From an uncultured Candidatus Rokubacteria bacterium (lineage in GTDB: Bacteria > Methylomirabilota > Methylomirabilia > Rokubacteriales > CSP1-6), in contig CAVWFS010000001.1 in the NCBI GenBank assembly GCA_963754315.1, forward strand, positions 224,001-288,000: DNA of 64,000 bases, written 5' to 3'. Positions 51,915-61,281 of the stretch are shown in pieces (within the stretch, counting starts at the first letter, position 1; the number at the start of each line of letters is the position of its first letter). Position numbers and translations under genes: made by a program. The notes under the pieces are model-generated. The model did not search any database, was not told the origin of the DNA, and was given only the letters and a program-made list of their open reading frames with translations.

Positions 51915-52461
51915 ATGCTCGTCCCGGTACGGCGGCTCTCGCTCGGCCAGCGGATGCGGGGTGAGCTGACCGCGGCGCTCCTGCACGGGCCTGACGTACT
52001 GTTCCTCGACAAGCCGACCATCGGGCTCGACGTGGTGAGCAAGCAGGCCGCGCGCGCGTTCCTCGCCGCGTTGGGCGCCGGCGGCGACACGACGATCGTG
52101 CTGACGACGCATGATCTGGCCGATATCGAGCGCACTGTGCCGCCGGTCTAGTGGTGATCGACCAGAGTCGCATCGTGCACGACGGCTCGCTGGACGACCT
52201 CCACGCCCGGTGCGGCTCACGCCGCCGGCTCGTCGTGGATCTCGACGAGCCGCTGGCGGTTGAGTTGGTGCTTCCCGGAGTGACGGTGGAATCGACACAG
52301 GCCGACGGGCGGCGGATCACTACACGCTGGACGGCGCCACCATGGCCGGCGATCTCGTGAGCCGACTTGTCGAAGTCGCAGCGCTGCGCGACATCTCGGT
52401 GCTCGAGCCCGACATCGAGGACGTCGTAGCCCGGCTCTACACGCGCCAGGGCACGCCGTGA
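51915..52461 (+). pseudogene. C-terminal remnant of an ABC-2 exporter ATPase
   Basis: PVRRLSLGQRMRGEL, LFLDKPTIGLD (Walker B E to K), LTTHDLADIE, an internal stop, EPDIEDVVARLY; no Walker A. Confidence 0.75.
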
Positions 52462-52575
52462 GTAACGCAAGCCTGGCGGCGGGCTCGGCCGCATCAGGCC
52501 CAGACATTCTCCTCGCTGACGTCCTGCTCAGCCTGGTCTATCTAGGGACGTTGCGGGTGGCGCCCCGATGGAGGC

Positions 52576-53088
52576 TTAGCGCAGCCCTTCCTGCTGGCGC
52601 AGGCGCTTGATGGCTTCGAGCTGGAGGAGCGATTCGCGGTCCTTGGGGCGGTGATGTGTGCGCTTGATGCGAATGAGGTCGTCCAGGCCGATGACCAGAG
52701 TCGGACGGCCACCAATGGCGATGGCCTCCGCGTGGGGGAGGAGATCGTCGTACACCCCGATTGGCTCCAGGTAACCAAGCAGATCGAGCGGGTACTCGCC
52801 ATCCACCTCGAACGTGTAGTTCTGGCCGAGCGCGAGCGCCTGGGCATCGAGTCGAAACTTCAGATCAGGCGGAGCGCCGCGCAGGGTCAGATTCAGAGTG
52901 CCCAGGGCGGTCGCCAGCCGCCTCAGGTTGTCGGAGGTGCGTCGGTAGCAGAGGTCGACGTCATACGTCACACGGGAACTGCCCATGAGCGCTTCGGCTT
53001 GCCCGCCCACGACGATGAACTCCACGCCGTGCTCGGCCAGCACGGCGCAGAAGCGTTCAAGCGGGCTTGGCTCGCCCCGCTCGTCCAA
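52576..53088 (-). CDS. Minimal nucleotidyltransferase (Pol-beta superfamily)
   Basis: FIVVGGQA...GSSRVTYDVDL, LDLL, LDDLIRIK...RPKD. Confidence 0.85.
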   Translation of the reverse strand: MDERGEPSPLERFCAVLAEHGVEFIVVGGQAEALMGSSRVTYDVDLCYRRTSDNLRRLATALGTLNLTLRGAPPDLKFRLDAQALALGQNYTFEVDGEYPLDLLGYLEPIGVYDDLLPHAEAIAIGGRPTLVIGLDDLIRIKRTHHRPKDRESLLQLEAIKRLRQQEGLR

Positions 53089-53275
53089 TGGCCTGGACCC
53101 TCAGCGCCGCGCGGCGTGCCCGCTCAGCCCGGCGCGCGCGCTCCGTCGGCGTGACCCGCAGGTTGGCGCGAATGAGCGAGACATCCACGCCGTTGGCGTC
53201 GTACTGGCCTGGCACTCCGAACCGCTGAGGGGTGGAGCCGCTCGTGGCCGAACGGTCGCGACGGGGCACAGCCAT
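53057..53275 (-). CDS. Small hypothetical partner of the nucleotidyltransferase
   Basis: MAVPRR...NGVDVSLIRANLRVTPTERARR; overlaps the NTase start; TAGAAT 7 nt upstream of the ATG. Confidence 0.7.
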   Translation of the reverse strand: MAVPRRDRSATSGSTPQRFGVPGQYDANGVDVSLIRANLRVTPTERARRAERARRAALRVQAIGRAGRAKPA

Positions 53276-53446
53276 CGTCGCTATTCTACCGACACCCGCG
53301 AGCACGGATGCGCGTCCGCGAAGGGCGCCTCCTTGGGCTCGGGCTTTCTTCGTTCTTTCGTTTTTTCGTACAGCGACCCGGTAGAGATAGGTACCGAGTC
53401 CGCAGGGCATCGCCACCAACCACTGCAGATCGTTGGGCGAGTGGGC

Positions 53447-53500
53447 GCGGCAGCGAATACACTGTTGGGAGCAAATGCACGAAGCGGCGGCGAATACACT
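53447..53500. repeat. 17-bp direct repeat with one mismatch
   Basis: GCGGCAGCGAATACACT 53447-53463 and GCGGCGGCGAATACACT 53484-53500. Confidence 0.6.
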
Positions 53501-53594
53501 TGACTTGCCAGGGGAGCGTGCGTCATGTTCCCCGCACTCGGCGGGGCGGCCGACGGTGCCCGCGCTGAGGTGATCAGACAAGGAGAGAGCAAGG

Positions 53595-55262
53595 ATGCTT
53601 CGTCTTCACGTCAATCGCCGGCAATTCCTCAAGCACGCGGGATGGGGTGGCGCCGCTGCCACCGCCCTGATCGTCAGCCGCGGGCGCGCGTTCGCCCAGG
53701 CGCGGCCCTCGTACCCCGACTGGATTCCCCCCAGCACGAAGCCGCCGAAGCGCGGTGGAACCTTGGCCCGGGCCACGGCCTGGGATCCGCCCGTCCTCGA
53801 TCCACGGCTGACAAACTCGGTGGGCCTCTTCCAGATCGCGTCGCTCGTCTGCAACCGTCTCGTCCGCTATCCCTTCGCCGACGAGGCCAGCGGCACGGCC
53901 GACCTCACTCTCAAGGGCGATCTGGCCGAGTCGTGGCAGGGAAGCCCAGACTCGCGCGTGTGGACCTTCAAGCTGCGGCAGGGGGTCAAGTGGCAGAACG
54001 TGGCGCCCCTCAACGGACGCGAGTTCGTGGCGGCCGACGTCAAGTACTGCTACGAAGCGTACGCCAAGGAAGGTGTGCAGGCCTTCACCTTCCAGGAGAT
54101 CGAGGGGATCGAGACGCCGGACAAGTACACCGTCCGTATCCATCTCAAGTCGCCCAACGTCATGTTTCCCCAGAACCTGGCGGAAGCCGTCACCGTCATC
54201 TTCTCCCGCGAGGTGCTGGAGGAGGATGGCGACCTCAAGAAGCGCATGATCGGCACCGGGCCCTACGTCCTGAAAGAAAACACCCGCAAGGTCAAGGCGG
54301 TCCTCAGCCGGCATCCCGACTACTTCGACAAGGGACGCCCGTACATCGACGAGTACACCATCTTCTCCACCCCTGATACCGCCACCCGGACGGCGGCCTT
54401 CCGGACCGGCCAGAGCGACATCTTCCACGTCTCGAGCCTGGCCGACGTGGACACTCTCCGGAAGACGAACCCGGCCGCCGTGGTGGAGGAGTTCAAGTTC
54501 CTCCAGACGCCGTTCGGCCTGGCCCTCGCCCAGGACAGGCCTCCCTTCAACGACGTGCGCGTTCGCCGTGCGATCTCCATGGCGATCGATCGCCAGCGGC
54601 AGGTGGACACGATCTACGAGGGCCACGGGATTCTCGGCTGGGGAATTCCCTACATCTATTTTCAGGACACGCGACCCACGGCGGCCCAGCTCGGCCCCTG
54701 GTGGCAGTACAAGCCGGCCGAGGCGAAGAAGCTCCTGACGGAGGCGGGCCACGGCAAGGGCTTCGAGACCACCCTTTTCTACTACGAGTACTTCCCGCAG
54801 ATGACCTCTCAGGTCCAGCTGGTCCAGCAGGATCTCAAGCGCAACCTGAACATCGACGTCAAGATCACCAAGCTCGACTACACGACCTACTATGGCCGCT
54901 ACGCGGAAGGTAAGTGGGACGGGATGGCCTGGGGCTTCAAGACGGGCTATGCGGTGAGCCTCGACGAGCAGACCTATCAGTACATGCACTCCAAGTCGAC
55001 CAAGAACTATTTCCGCTTCGCCGATCCCGTCATCGACGAGCTGACCACCAAGCTACGTCAGACGCCGGAGCGCGCGGACCAGCGGGCCCTCACCAAGAGA
55101 ATCTTCGAGCGTGAGCACGACCAGGTGCTGAGGATGTGGATGCCGTACGATGCCGGCTTCCTCATCTGGCAGCCTCACCTACGCAACATCGGCGCGCTGG
55201 CCATCCGGCGCAGCGATGGCTACGGCTCCTCCACCCTCGCCCGCCTGTGGATCGACAAATAG
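53595..55262 (+). CDS. Peptide/nickel ABC substrate-binding protein (family 5, Tat)
   Basis: NRRQFLK signal, PKRGGTL, GDLAESW, FKLRQGVKW, IGTGPY, PFNDVRVRRAI. Confidence 0.92.
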   Translation: MLRLHVNRRQFLKHAGWGGAAATALIVSRGRAFAQARPSYPDWIPPSTKPPKRGGTLARATAWDPPVLDPRLTNSVGLFQIASLVCNRLVRYPFADEASGTADLTLKGDLAESWQGSPDSRVWTFKLRQGVKWQNVAPLNGREFVAADVKYCYEAYAKEGVQAFTFQEIEGIETPDKYTVRIHLKSPNVMFPQNLAEAVTVIFSREVLEEDGDLKKRMIGTGPYVLKENTRKVKAVLSRHPDYFDKGRPYIDEYTIFSTPDTATRTAAFRTGQSDIFHVSSLADVDTLRKTNPAAVVEEFKFLQTPFGLALAQDRPPFNDVRVRRAISMAIDRQRQVDTIYEGHGILGWGIPYIYFQDTRPTAAQLGPWWQYKPAEAKKLLTEAGHGKGFETTLFYYEYFPQMTSQVQLVQQDLKRNLNIDVKITKLDYTTYYGRYAEGKWDGMAWGFKTGYAVSLDEQTYQYMHSKSTKNYFRFADPVIDELTTKLRQTPERADQRALTKRIFEREHDQVLRMWMPYDAGFLIWQPHLRNIGALAIRRSDGYGSSTLARLWIDK

Positions 55263-55273
55263 GGAACCACTGT

Positions 55274-55301
55274 GTGGGGGGCCCACCCGCGGGCCCCCCA
55301 C
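55274..55301 (+). terminator. GC hairpin after the binding-protein gene
   Basis: GTGGGGGGCCC-ACCCGC-GGGCCCCCCAC, a perfect 11-bp stem similar to the REP-like hairpins. Confidence 0.5.
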
Positions 55302-55313
55302 GTCGATAGATCC

Positions 55314-55881
55314 ATGCACAAGTACGTGATCCGCCGGCTCCTGCTGGCCGTTCCCGTCTATGCCACGCCCCCCCCCCTCCCCGCCGACGCCTCCTGACCC
55401 CATTCCCGCCCTCGTGTTGACCCTGGCCATCGTCTCCGTGCTCCGCCCAAACACCACCAATGCCATGCTCGCCATCGCCATGGTCATCATCCCGGGCAAC
55501 TCGCGTATCGTGCGAGGCGCAGTGCTGTCGGCCAAGCAGAACCGCTACGTCGAGGCCGCGCACGCGCTCGGGTGTAAGCAGCCGCGTGTTGTCATCAGCC
55601 ACATCCTTCCAACGTGACGGCCCCGATCCTGATCATCGCGTCAATCTGGCTGGGCAACGCGATTCTCATCGAGGCGTCGCTCAGCTTCCTGGGGCTGGGA
55701 CCCAGCCGCCCATCCCGTCGTGGGGTTTGATGCTGAGTAGCACGGGCGGGCGTTCATGGAGCAGGCTCCAGGGCTCGCCGTTTTTCCGGGATTGGCCATC
55801 AGCCTGGCCGTTCTTGGGTTCAACCTCTTCGGCGACACGCTCCGCGACGCCTGGGACCCCAAGCTCCGTAGCCGCGGCTAG
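55314..55881 (+). pseudogene. DppB N-terminus joined to a DppC C-terminal half (deletion or misassembly)
   Basis: MHKYVIRRLLLAVP, then a C-rich junction, then RIVRGAVLS...YVEAA...HILP...EASLSFLG...SWGLML...[15 protein letters not shown]. Confidence 0.75.
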
Positions 55882-57380
55882 CGCGCCAGCGCGCGCGCAG
55901 TTGCTGTAGCTCCGCCCGTACTTCCCCGAGCTCGGCGCGCAGCGCTTGCACCTCCGGCGCCGCATGCTCGCCGAGGTGGGCGAAGATCTGGATGGTTCCG
56001 TCTCGATCGGCGTCTTCCAGCGCGTAACCGATGATCCGGCACGCCTGGACGGCTTTCATGCCGTGACCGGGTGTGGAACTCGAGGTGATGGGATCGCCAC
56101 GACGGATGGGCCCGCTCTCCATGGTCACCTTGGCGGGGAAAGTAGCCATAGATCGCGAGCGGCAGATAGCGTTCGTTCGTCTTGTGGCCGTCGGCTCCAC
56201 CCCGAAGGGGTCGGCGACGAAACCCAGGAGCGTTGTGTCGCATGGCGTCTCCGTCTTGGCCACCACGAACGGCGCCCTGCTCGTCACCATAAGGATTGCG
56301 CCGCTCCGGTACGAGGCGCACCAGGTCAGCCGGCTTCGGGATAGCCGGCACTGGTGTCAATCGTCGGCACGTACTCCTTGGCCGACGCGCATCTCTGAGA
56401 AGTACACGCCCTGGCTGGTCGTCGCCCCGGCGGGAAGCGCGGGTATATGCACACATGACCGAAGTCGTACTCACCATCGGCCAGAGGCCGTAGCCGCGAA
56501 ATGGCCGCCAGGCCGTCGGGCTCGAGGACGAAGCGGACGTCGCCGCCGTTCTGGATGGTGAACACGCTGGCGGCCGTCTGCTCCAGGATGAGTGGCCACG
56601 AGGCTCCCCGGGTCAGGCGCAGGTTCCCGGCATGGATGTGCAAGCGGTCGCCAGGATCGGTGGTGCCGATGCCGATATCGCCGCTGGTCTTGATGCGCAT
56701 CCACTCGGTCAACGTGGGGACCAGAGCGTGCTTGGTCAGGAACGCGATCTCCCTGGTGCGCCGTCTGGTCGGTGAACCCGTCGAACATGATCCGGGCAGA
56801 AGATGCCGTGCTCGTCCGCTTGATGAGGTCGATGAAGGCGTCGTCTCCCGCGCCGCTGACGAGCAGGTGCGTTGCCCGTTGGTGTGAACGCGGGCGGCGC
56901 CGGCGACCTCCAGACGGTGGCCGGGCGTGGAGGTCCCGACCCGACGTTGCCGTCGGCGGCGACCGTGAGCCGGTCGATGTTTCGGATGCGCAGCCTCAGG
57001 TCGACGGGCGAGTCAGGAACGTTCGTCCTTGCTCGTTGCCGCTCACGCCCTGCAGGAGGGCTAGTTCTCCGGGGCCGACTGGACCAGCGCATTGGTGCCC
57101 AGAAAACGTAGGCGTTGTTGGCGGGCCACGGCCCCGTGGTGGCTCGGCCCGCCTGGTCCGCCGTTCACGTCCAGCAGCTCGGCCGGTGTGTCGTTCCGAT
57201 CCGACGCTCCCCGCGGCGTCGATCCAGAGCGCGTTGGTCGGGGAGCCGTCGCGGCGACGAGAGAGTTGTTCGGTGGGTGAGCGTCGACCGCATCCGCTGG
57301 TTGGCGACGAGGATCAGCGCGGTGAACATCAAGAGCAAGCCGATGACGGCGCAGGGTCCATTCGACAGGATTCGTCTCAT
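55878..57380 (-). pseudogene. Secreted tail-fibre-like / beta-helix repeat protein, heavily frameshifted
   Basis: SD AGGAGG + MRRILSNG...IGLLLMFTALILVA; repeats RLTVAADGNVG and MRIKTSGDIGIGTTDP; C-terminal GPIRRGDPITSSSTPGHGMKA...IGYALE plus a coiled coil. Confidence 0.65.
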
Positions 57381-57517
57381 GTGCACCTCCTGGGGTGACG
57401 TCGCTCGCTCGCGCCCCGAGTCAGCGCCGCCGAGGCGCCGTTCCTGGGGCCGGGGCTCTCGCGTGGCTGATCGTATGGGATACTCTCGGCAGTGTCGACG
57501 CGGGAGGGATGGACGTC

Positions 57518-58588
57518 ATGACGAGCCCCATCATCACCGAGGCCGTGCGGGTGCTGGTGGACCGCCGCGACCTCACCCGGATAGAAGCAGCGGCGGCCAT
57601 GGAAGCGATCATGACCGGCGCGGCCACCCACGCGCAGATCGCCGCCTTCCTGACCGCCTTGCGTATGAAGGGCGAGACCGTCGAGGAGCTCATCGGGTTC
57701 GCCCAGGTCATGCGGCAGAAGGTCGTGCGCGTGCGGACGCGCGGCGAAGAGGTGGCCGCCCTCACCGGTACCGATCGCGAGATGCTGCTCGACACTGCCG
57801 GTACCGGCGGTGACGCGGCGGGAACGTTCAATGTGTCCACCGCGACCGCCTTCGTGCTGGCTGGGGCCGGCCTGCGGGTCGCCAAGCACGGCAACCGCTC
57901 CGTGTCCTCGCTGTGCGGGTCAGCCGACGTGGTGGAAACCCTTGGTGTCAGCCTCGAGCTGACGCCGGCCCAGGTGGCGCGGTGCATCGACGAGGTGGGT
58001 ATCGGGTTTCTCTACGCGCCGCTCTTGCACACGGCCATGAAGCACGTCATGCCGGCCCGGCGCGAGATGGGAATCAGGACCGTGTTCAATATGCTAGGGC
58101 CCCTCACCAATCCCGCCGCTGCTAACGCCCAGATCATCGGGGTCTACGCCTCCGACTTGACGGAACCGCTGGCCCGTGTTCTTGCCGAGCTGGGAACCGT
58201 TCGGGCCTTCGTCGTACACGGGGCCGATGGCCTCGATGAGATCTCGAATACCGGTGAGAGTCGTCTCTCCGAGGTGCGCGAGGGTGTGGTGCGGACCTTT
58301 ACCCTCAAACCCGAGGACTTCGGCCTCCCCCGCGCGAGCATCGCCGACCTCCGTGGTGGCGACCGCGAGCAGAACGCGGAGATTATCAAGGGTATTCTGG
58401 CCGGGGAGGACGGCCCGAAGCGTGACATCGTGCTCATGAACGCCGCCGCCGCCCTCGTGGCGGGTGGCAAAGCGCCTGATCTCAAGGAGGGGGTGGCCCT
58501 GGCCGCGCACTCCATCGATAGCCGCGCTGCCCAGGCTACCCTCGAGCGCCTCGTTACCCTCAGTCACGGGCTGGCGCGCCCCGCGTAG
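57518..58588 (+). CDS. trpD: Anthranilate phosphoribosyltransferase
   Basis: LRMKGET, DTAGTGGD, FNVST, KHGNRSVSS, GSADV, RTVFNMLGPLTNP, DGLDEIS. Confidence 0.95.
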   Translation: MTSPIITEAVRVLVDRRDLTRIEAAAAMEAIMTGAATHAQIAAFLTALRMKGETVEELIGFAQVMRQKVVRVRTRGEEVAALTGTDREMLLDTAGTGGDAAGTFNVSTATAFVLAGAGLRVAKHGNRSVSSLCGSADVVETLGVSLELTPAQVARCIDEVGIGFLYAPLLHTAMKHVMPARREMGIRTVFNMLGPLTNPAAANAQIIGVYASDLTEPLARVLAELGTVRAFVVHGADGLDEISNTGESRLSEVREGVVRTFTLKPEDFGLPRASIADLRGGDREQNAEIIKGILAGEDGPKRDIVLMNAAAALVAGGKAPDLKEGVALAAHSIDSRAAQATLERLVTLSHGLARPA

Positions 58589-58714
58589 TCCGCGTCGACG
58601 GGCCCTTGCGCCAATAGGGGACGGGGCTCTACACTGAGAGCAGGCTGCGCGGCCCGTGAAGCGCCTTTAGTCTCGTTCCTGACGCTCTTCACCTCGCCGG
58701 AGCGGCCTCCATCG

Positions 58715-58730
58715 GGTGTTCTAGAACACC
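58715..58730. promoter_or_regulatory. Perfect 16-bp palindrome, candidate GntR/HutC operator
   Basis: GGTGTTCTAGAACACC just upstream of the gntR SD. Confidence 0.7.
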
Positions 58731-58746
58731 GACAGAGGAGTCGGCA

Positions 58747-59493
58747 TTGAACGGGTGGGTCCCCCGGTATCAGCAGATCGCCGATGCGCTTCGCGATCAG
58801 ATTCGGCGCGGCGATCTGACACCAGGAGCCCGCCTCGATACCCAGCGCGCGCTCGCTCGACGCTTCGAGGTGACGCTCATGACTTTGCGTCAGGCGCTCG
58901 AGGTGCTCGAGCGCGAGCAACTCATAGAGCGGCGACACGGACTCGGAACCTTCGTGGCGACGCCCTCGATCGACTACGACATTCTCCAACTGCGCCGGTT
59001 GGCTGCTGATCTGAGTGCGCAGGGTGAAGATGTGACCACCCGGGTCCTCGGAGTACGCTTTGTCACACCTGAGCGGACGGCGGCGACCCTGCTGTGCCTG
59101 CCGCCTCACTCGCGCGTGCTGCAGCTCGAGCGCCTGCGCCTGGTGGGGGGACGACCCATGAGCTTGCAGCGCTCGCTGCTGCCCGCACGCATCGGCGAGG
59201 AGGTGGCGAAGGCCGATCTCGGCGTCACACCCCTGCACGAGGTTCTCGAGTTCAAGCTCGGCATTACCATCGAGCGAGCCACGGAGAGCGTGTCGGCCGT
59301 GCGGCTGCCCGCTCGGGCTGCCCGCGAGCTGGGCTGTCATCCAGGGGTGGCCGCCTTCGAATCCGAACGGGTGTCCTACGACGCAAGCGGGGGACCCGTG
59401 GTCTTCGATCACGTTCTGATCCCGGGCGATCGCTTTCGCATCACCCGGGAGCTCAACTACGAACCGCCATTGTCGAAAGGAGCGCGTGCATGA
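58747..59493 (+). CDS. GntR family regulator (HutC/UTRA subfamily)
   Basis: PRYQQIADAL, TLRQAL, HGLGTFV, LERLRL, C-terminal UTRA-like region. Confidence 0.9.
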   Translation: MNGWVPRYQQIADALRDQIRRGDLTPGARLDTQRALARRFEVTLMTLRQALEVLEREQLIERRHGLGTFVATPSIDYDILQLRRLAADLSAQGEDVTTRVLGVRFVTPERTAATLLCLPPHSRVLQLERLRLVGGRPMSLQRSLLPARIGEEVAKADLGVTPLHEVLEFKLGITIERATESVSAVRLPARAARELGCHPGVAAFESERVSYDASGGPVVFDHVLIPGDRFRITRELNYEPPLSKGARA

Positions 59494-60270
59494 AGATCGT
59501 TGTCTGTATCAAGCAGGTGCCCGACACGGCGACGCAGATCAAGATCGCCGCCGGCGGCAAGGCTATCGAGACGACCGGCATCACCTGGATCGTCTCCCCT
59601 TATGACGAGTTCGCCGTGGAGGAGGCCCTGCGCATCAAGGAAAAGCGTGGCCAAGGCGAAGTGGTGATCGTCGCGCTCGGCCCCGATCGCGCCAAGGAGG
59701 CACTGCGCTCGGCCCTGGCCATGGGCGCGGATCGCGCCCTTCACCTGAATGATCCCGCCTGGGCGGAGGCCGATACCTTGACCACGGCGCGGGCGCTGGC
59801 AGCCGCCATCAAGCAGGAGGGGCCGGCTCTCGTGCTGTGCGGGCGTCAGGCGATCGACGACGACATGGGGGCGGTGGGCGCCCAGATCGCCGAGATTCTC
59901 GACTGGCCGTGCGCAGCGTGGATCATGGAAGAGTCGGTCGACGCCGACGGGAAAACGATCCGCGTCGGACGCCAGGTGGAAGGGGGACTCGAGATCTTCG
60001 ATCTGCCCCTGCCGGCCGTGGTCTCCGCCCAGAAAGGGCTCAATGAGCCGCGCTATCCGACCCTGAAGGGCATCATGGGCGCCAAGCGAAAAGAGGTCAA
60101 AGACCTCAAGGCGAGCGATCTGGGCCTCGGCTCCGACGGCCCCCAGCTGAGCCTCGTCGAGTTCGAAGCACTACCGCCGCGGCCGCCGGGACGCGTGATC
60201 CAGGGGGATGATACCGGTCGCAGTGAAGGAGCTGGTCCGCGCGTTGCGCGAAGACGCCAAAGCGATCTGA
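59490..60270 (+). CDS. etfB: Electron transfer flavoprotein beta subunit, frameshift near 60210
   Basis: MKIVVCIKQVPDT, PYDEFAVEEAL, ALAMGAD, GRQAIDDD, LNEPRYPTLKGIM. Confidence 0.9.
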
Positions 60271-60285
60271 GGGGGCTGAACAGAC

Positions 60286-61269
60286 ATGGCTGGCGCGATC
60301 TGGTGCGTTGTCGAAGACGATCGAAAGGGTTCGCCGAAGAAGGTGATGTCGGAGGTCCTGGGGGAAGCGACGCGGCTCGGCCTGGGTCCGGTGGAGGCGG
60401 TGTGGCTGACGGACACGGCGACGGAGGCGGCGCTCGCGCAGCTGGGCGCATGGGGTGCGAGCCGGGTCGTGCTGCTCGAGAACGCGGCTCTGGCGCCGTA
60501 CCGGGCCGAGGTGTGGGCGCGAGCTCTCGCCGATCTGGCCGCCAAGGAGTTGCCCAAGGCGATCCTGGCTCCCGTCACCAGCCGGCAACGAGAGCTGATG
60601 GCACGGCTCGCCGCGCGTCTCGGCACGGGCCTGGCGGCCGACTGCGTGAGTCTGGCCGCGCGCGGTGACGGGCTGATCGCCACGCGGCCGGTCTACGCCG
60701 GCAAGCTGCTGTCGAAAGTGACGTGGGCGAAGAGCCCGTGGGTGGCCACCTTGCGTCCCAACGTGTTTCGTCCCGCCGATGAGCAACCGGGCAAGGTGGC
60801 GACGGTGGACCGGCCGGCCATCAGCATGCCGTCCGCGACCATGAAGTTCGTGGAGCGGCGCGAGGAGGCCACCACCGGGCTTCCCGAGCTGACCGAGGCA
60901 GAAATCGTCATCTCGGGAGGACGCGGGATGAAAGGTCCCGAAAACTACGTCATCCTCGAGGAGATGGCCGGTGTCATCGGGGCCGCCGTGGGCGCCTCGC
61001 GGGCCGCCGTCGACGCAGGCTGGCGGCCGCATCGCTTCCAGATCGGCCAGACGGGGCGGACGATCTCGCCCAAGCTCTACATGGGCTTCGGAGTGTCGGG
61101 CGCCATTCAGCACCTCGCCGGCATGCGCACCTCCAAGGTCATCGTCGCCGTGAACAAGGATCCCGAGGCGCCGATCTTCAAGATCGCCGATTACGGGATC
61201 GTGGGCGACCTCTTCGAGGTGGTGCCCGCCCTCACTCAGGAGCTGAAGAAGCTGAAGGAGCAATCGTAG
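60286..61269 (+). CDS. etfA: Electron transfer flavoprotein alpha subunit
   Basis: RPVYAG, SGGRG, GASRAAVDAGW, QIGQTG, GVSGAIQHLAGM, NKDPEAPIF. Confidence 0.93.
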   Translation: MAGAIWCVVEDDRKGSPKKVMSEVLGEATRLGLGPVEAVWLTDTATEAALAQLGAWGASRVVLLENAALAPYRAEVWARALADLAAKELPKAILAPVTSRQRELMARLAARLGTGLAADCVSLAARGDGLIATRPVYAGKLLSKVTWAKSPWVATLRPNVFRPADEQPGKVATVDRPAISMPSATMKFVERREEATTGLPELTEAEIVISGGRGMKGPENYVILEEMAGVIGAAVGASRAAVDAGWRPHRFQIGQTGRTISPKLYMGFGVSGAIQHLAGMRTSKVIVAVNKDPEAPIFKIADYGIVGDLFEVVPALTQELKKLKEQS

Positions 61270-61281
61270 GACGGAGACGCG

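Noticed and set aside
57395..57517. trp attenuator leader
   Set aside because: The two Trp codons are in frame with trpD, not tandem, and there is no short leader ORF or terminator.
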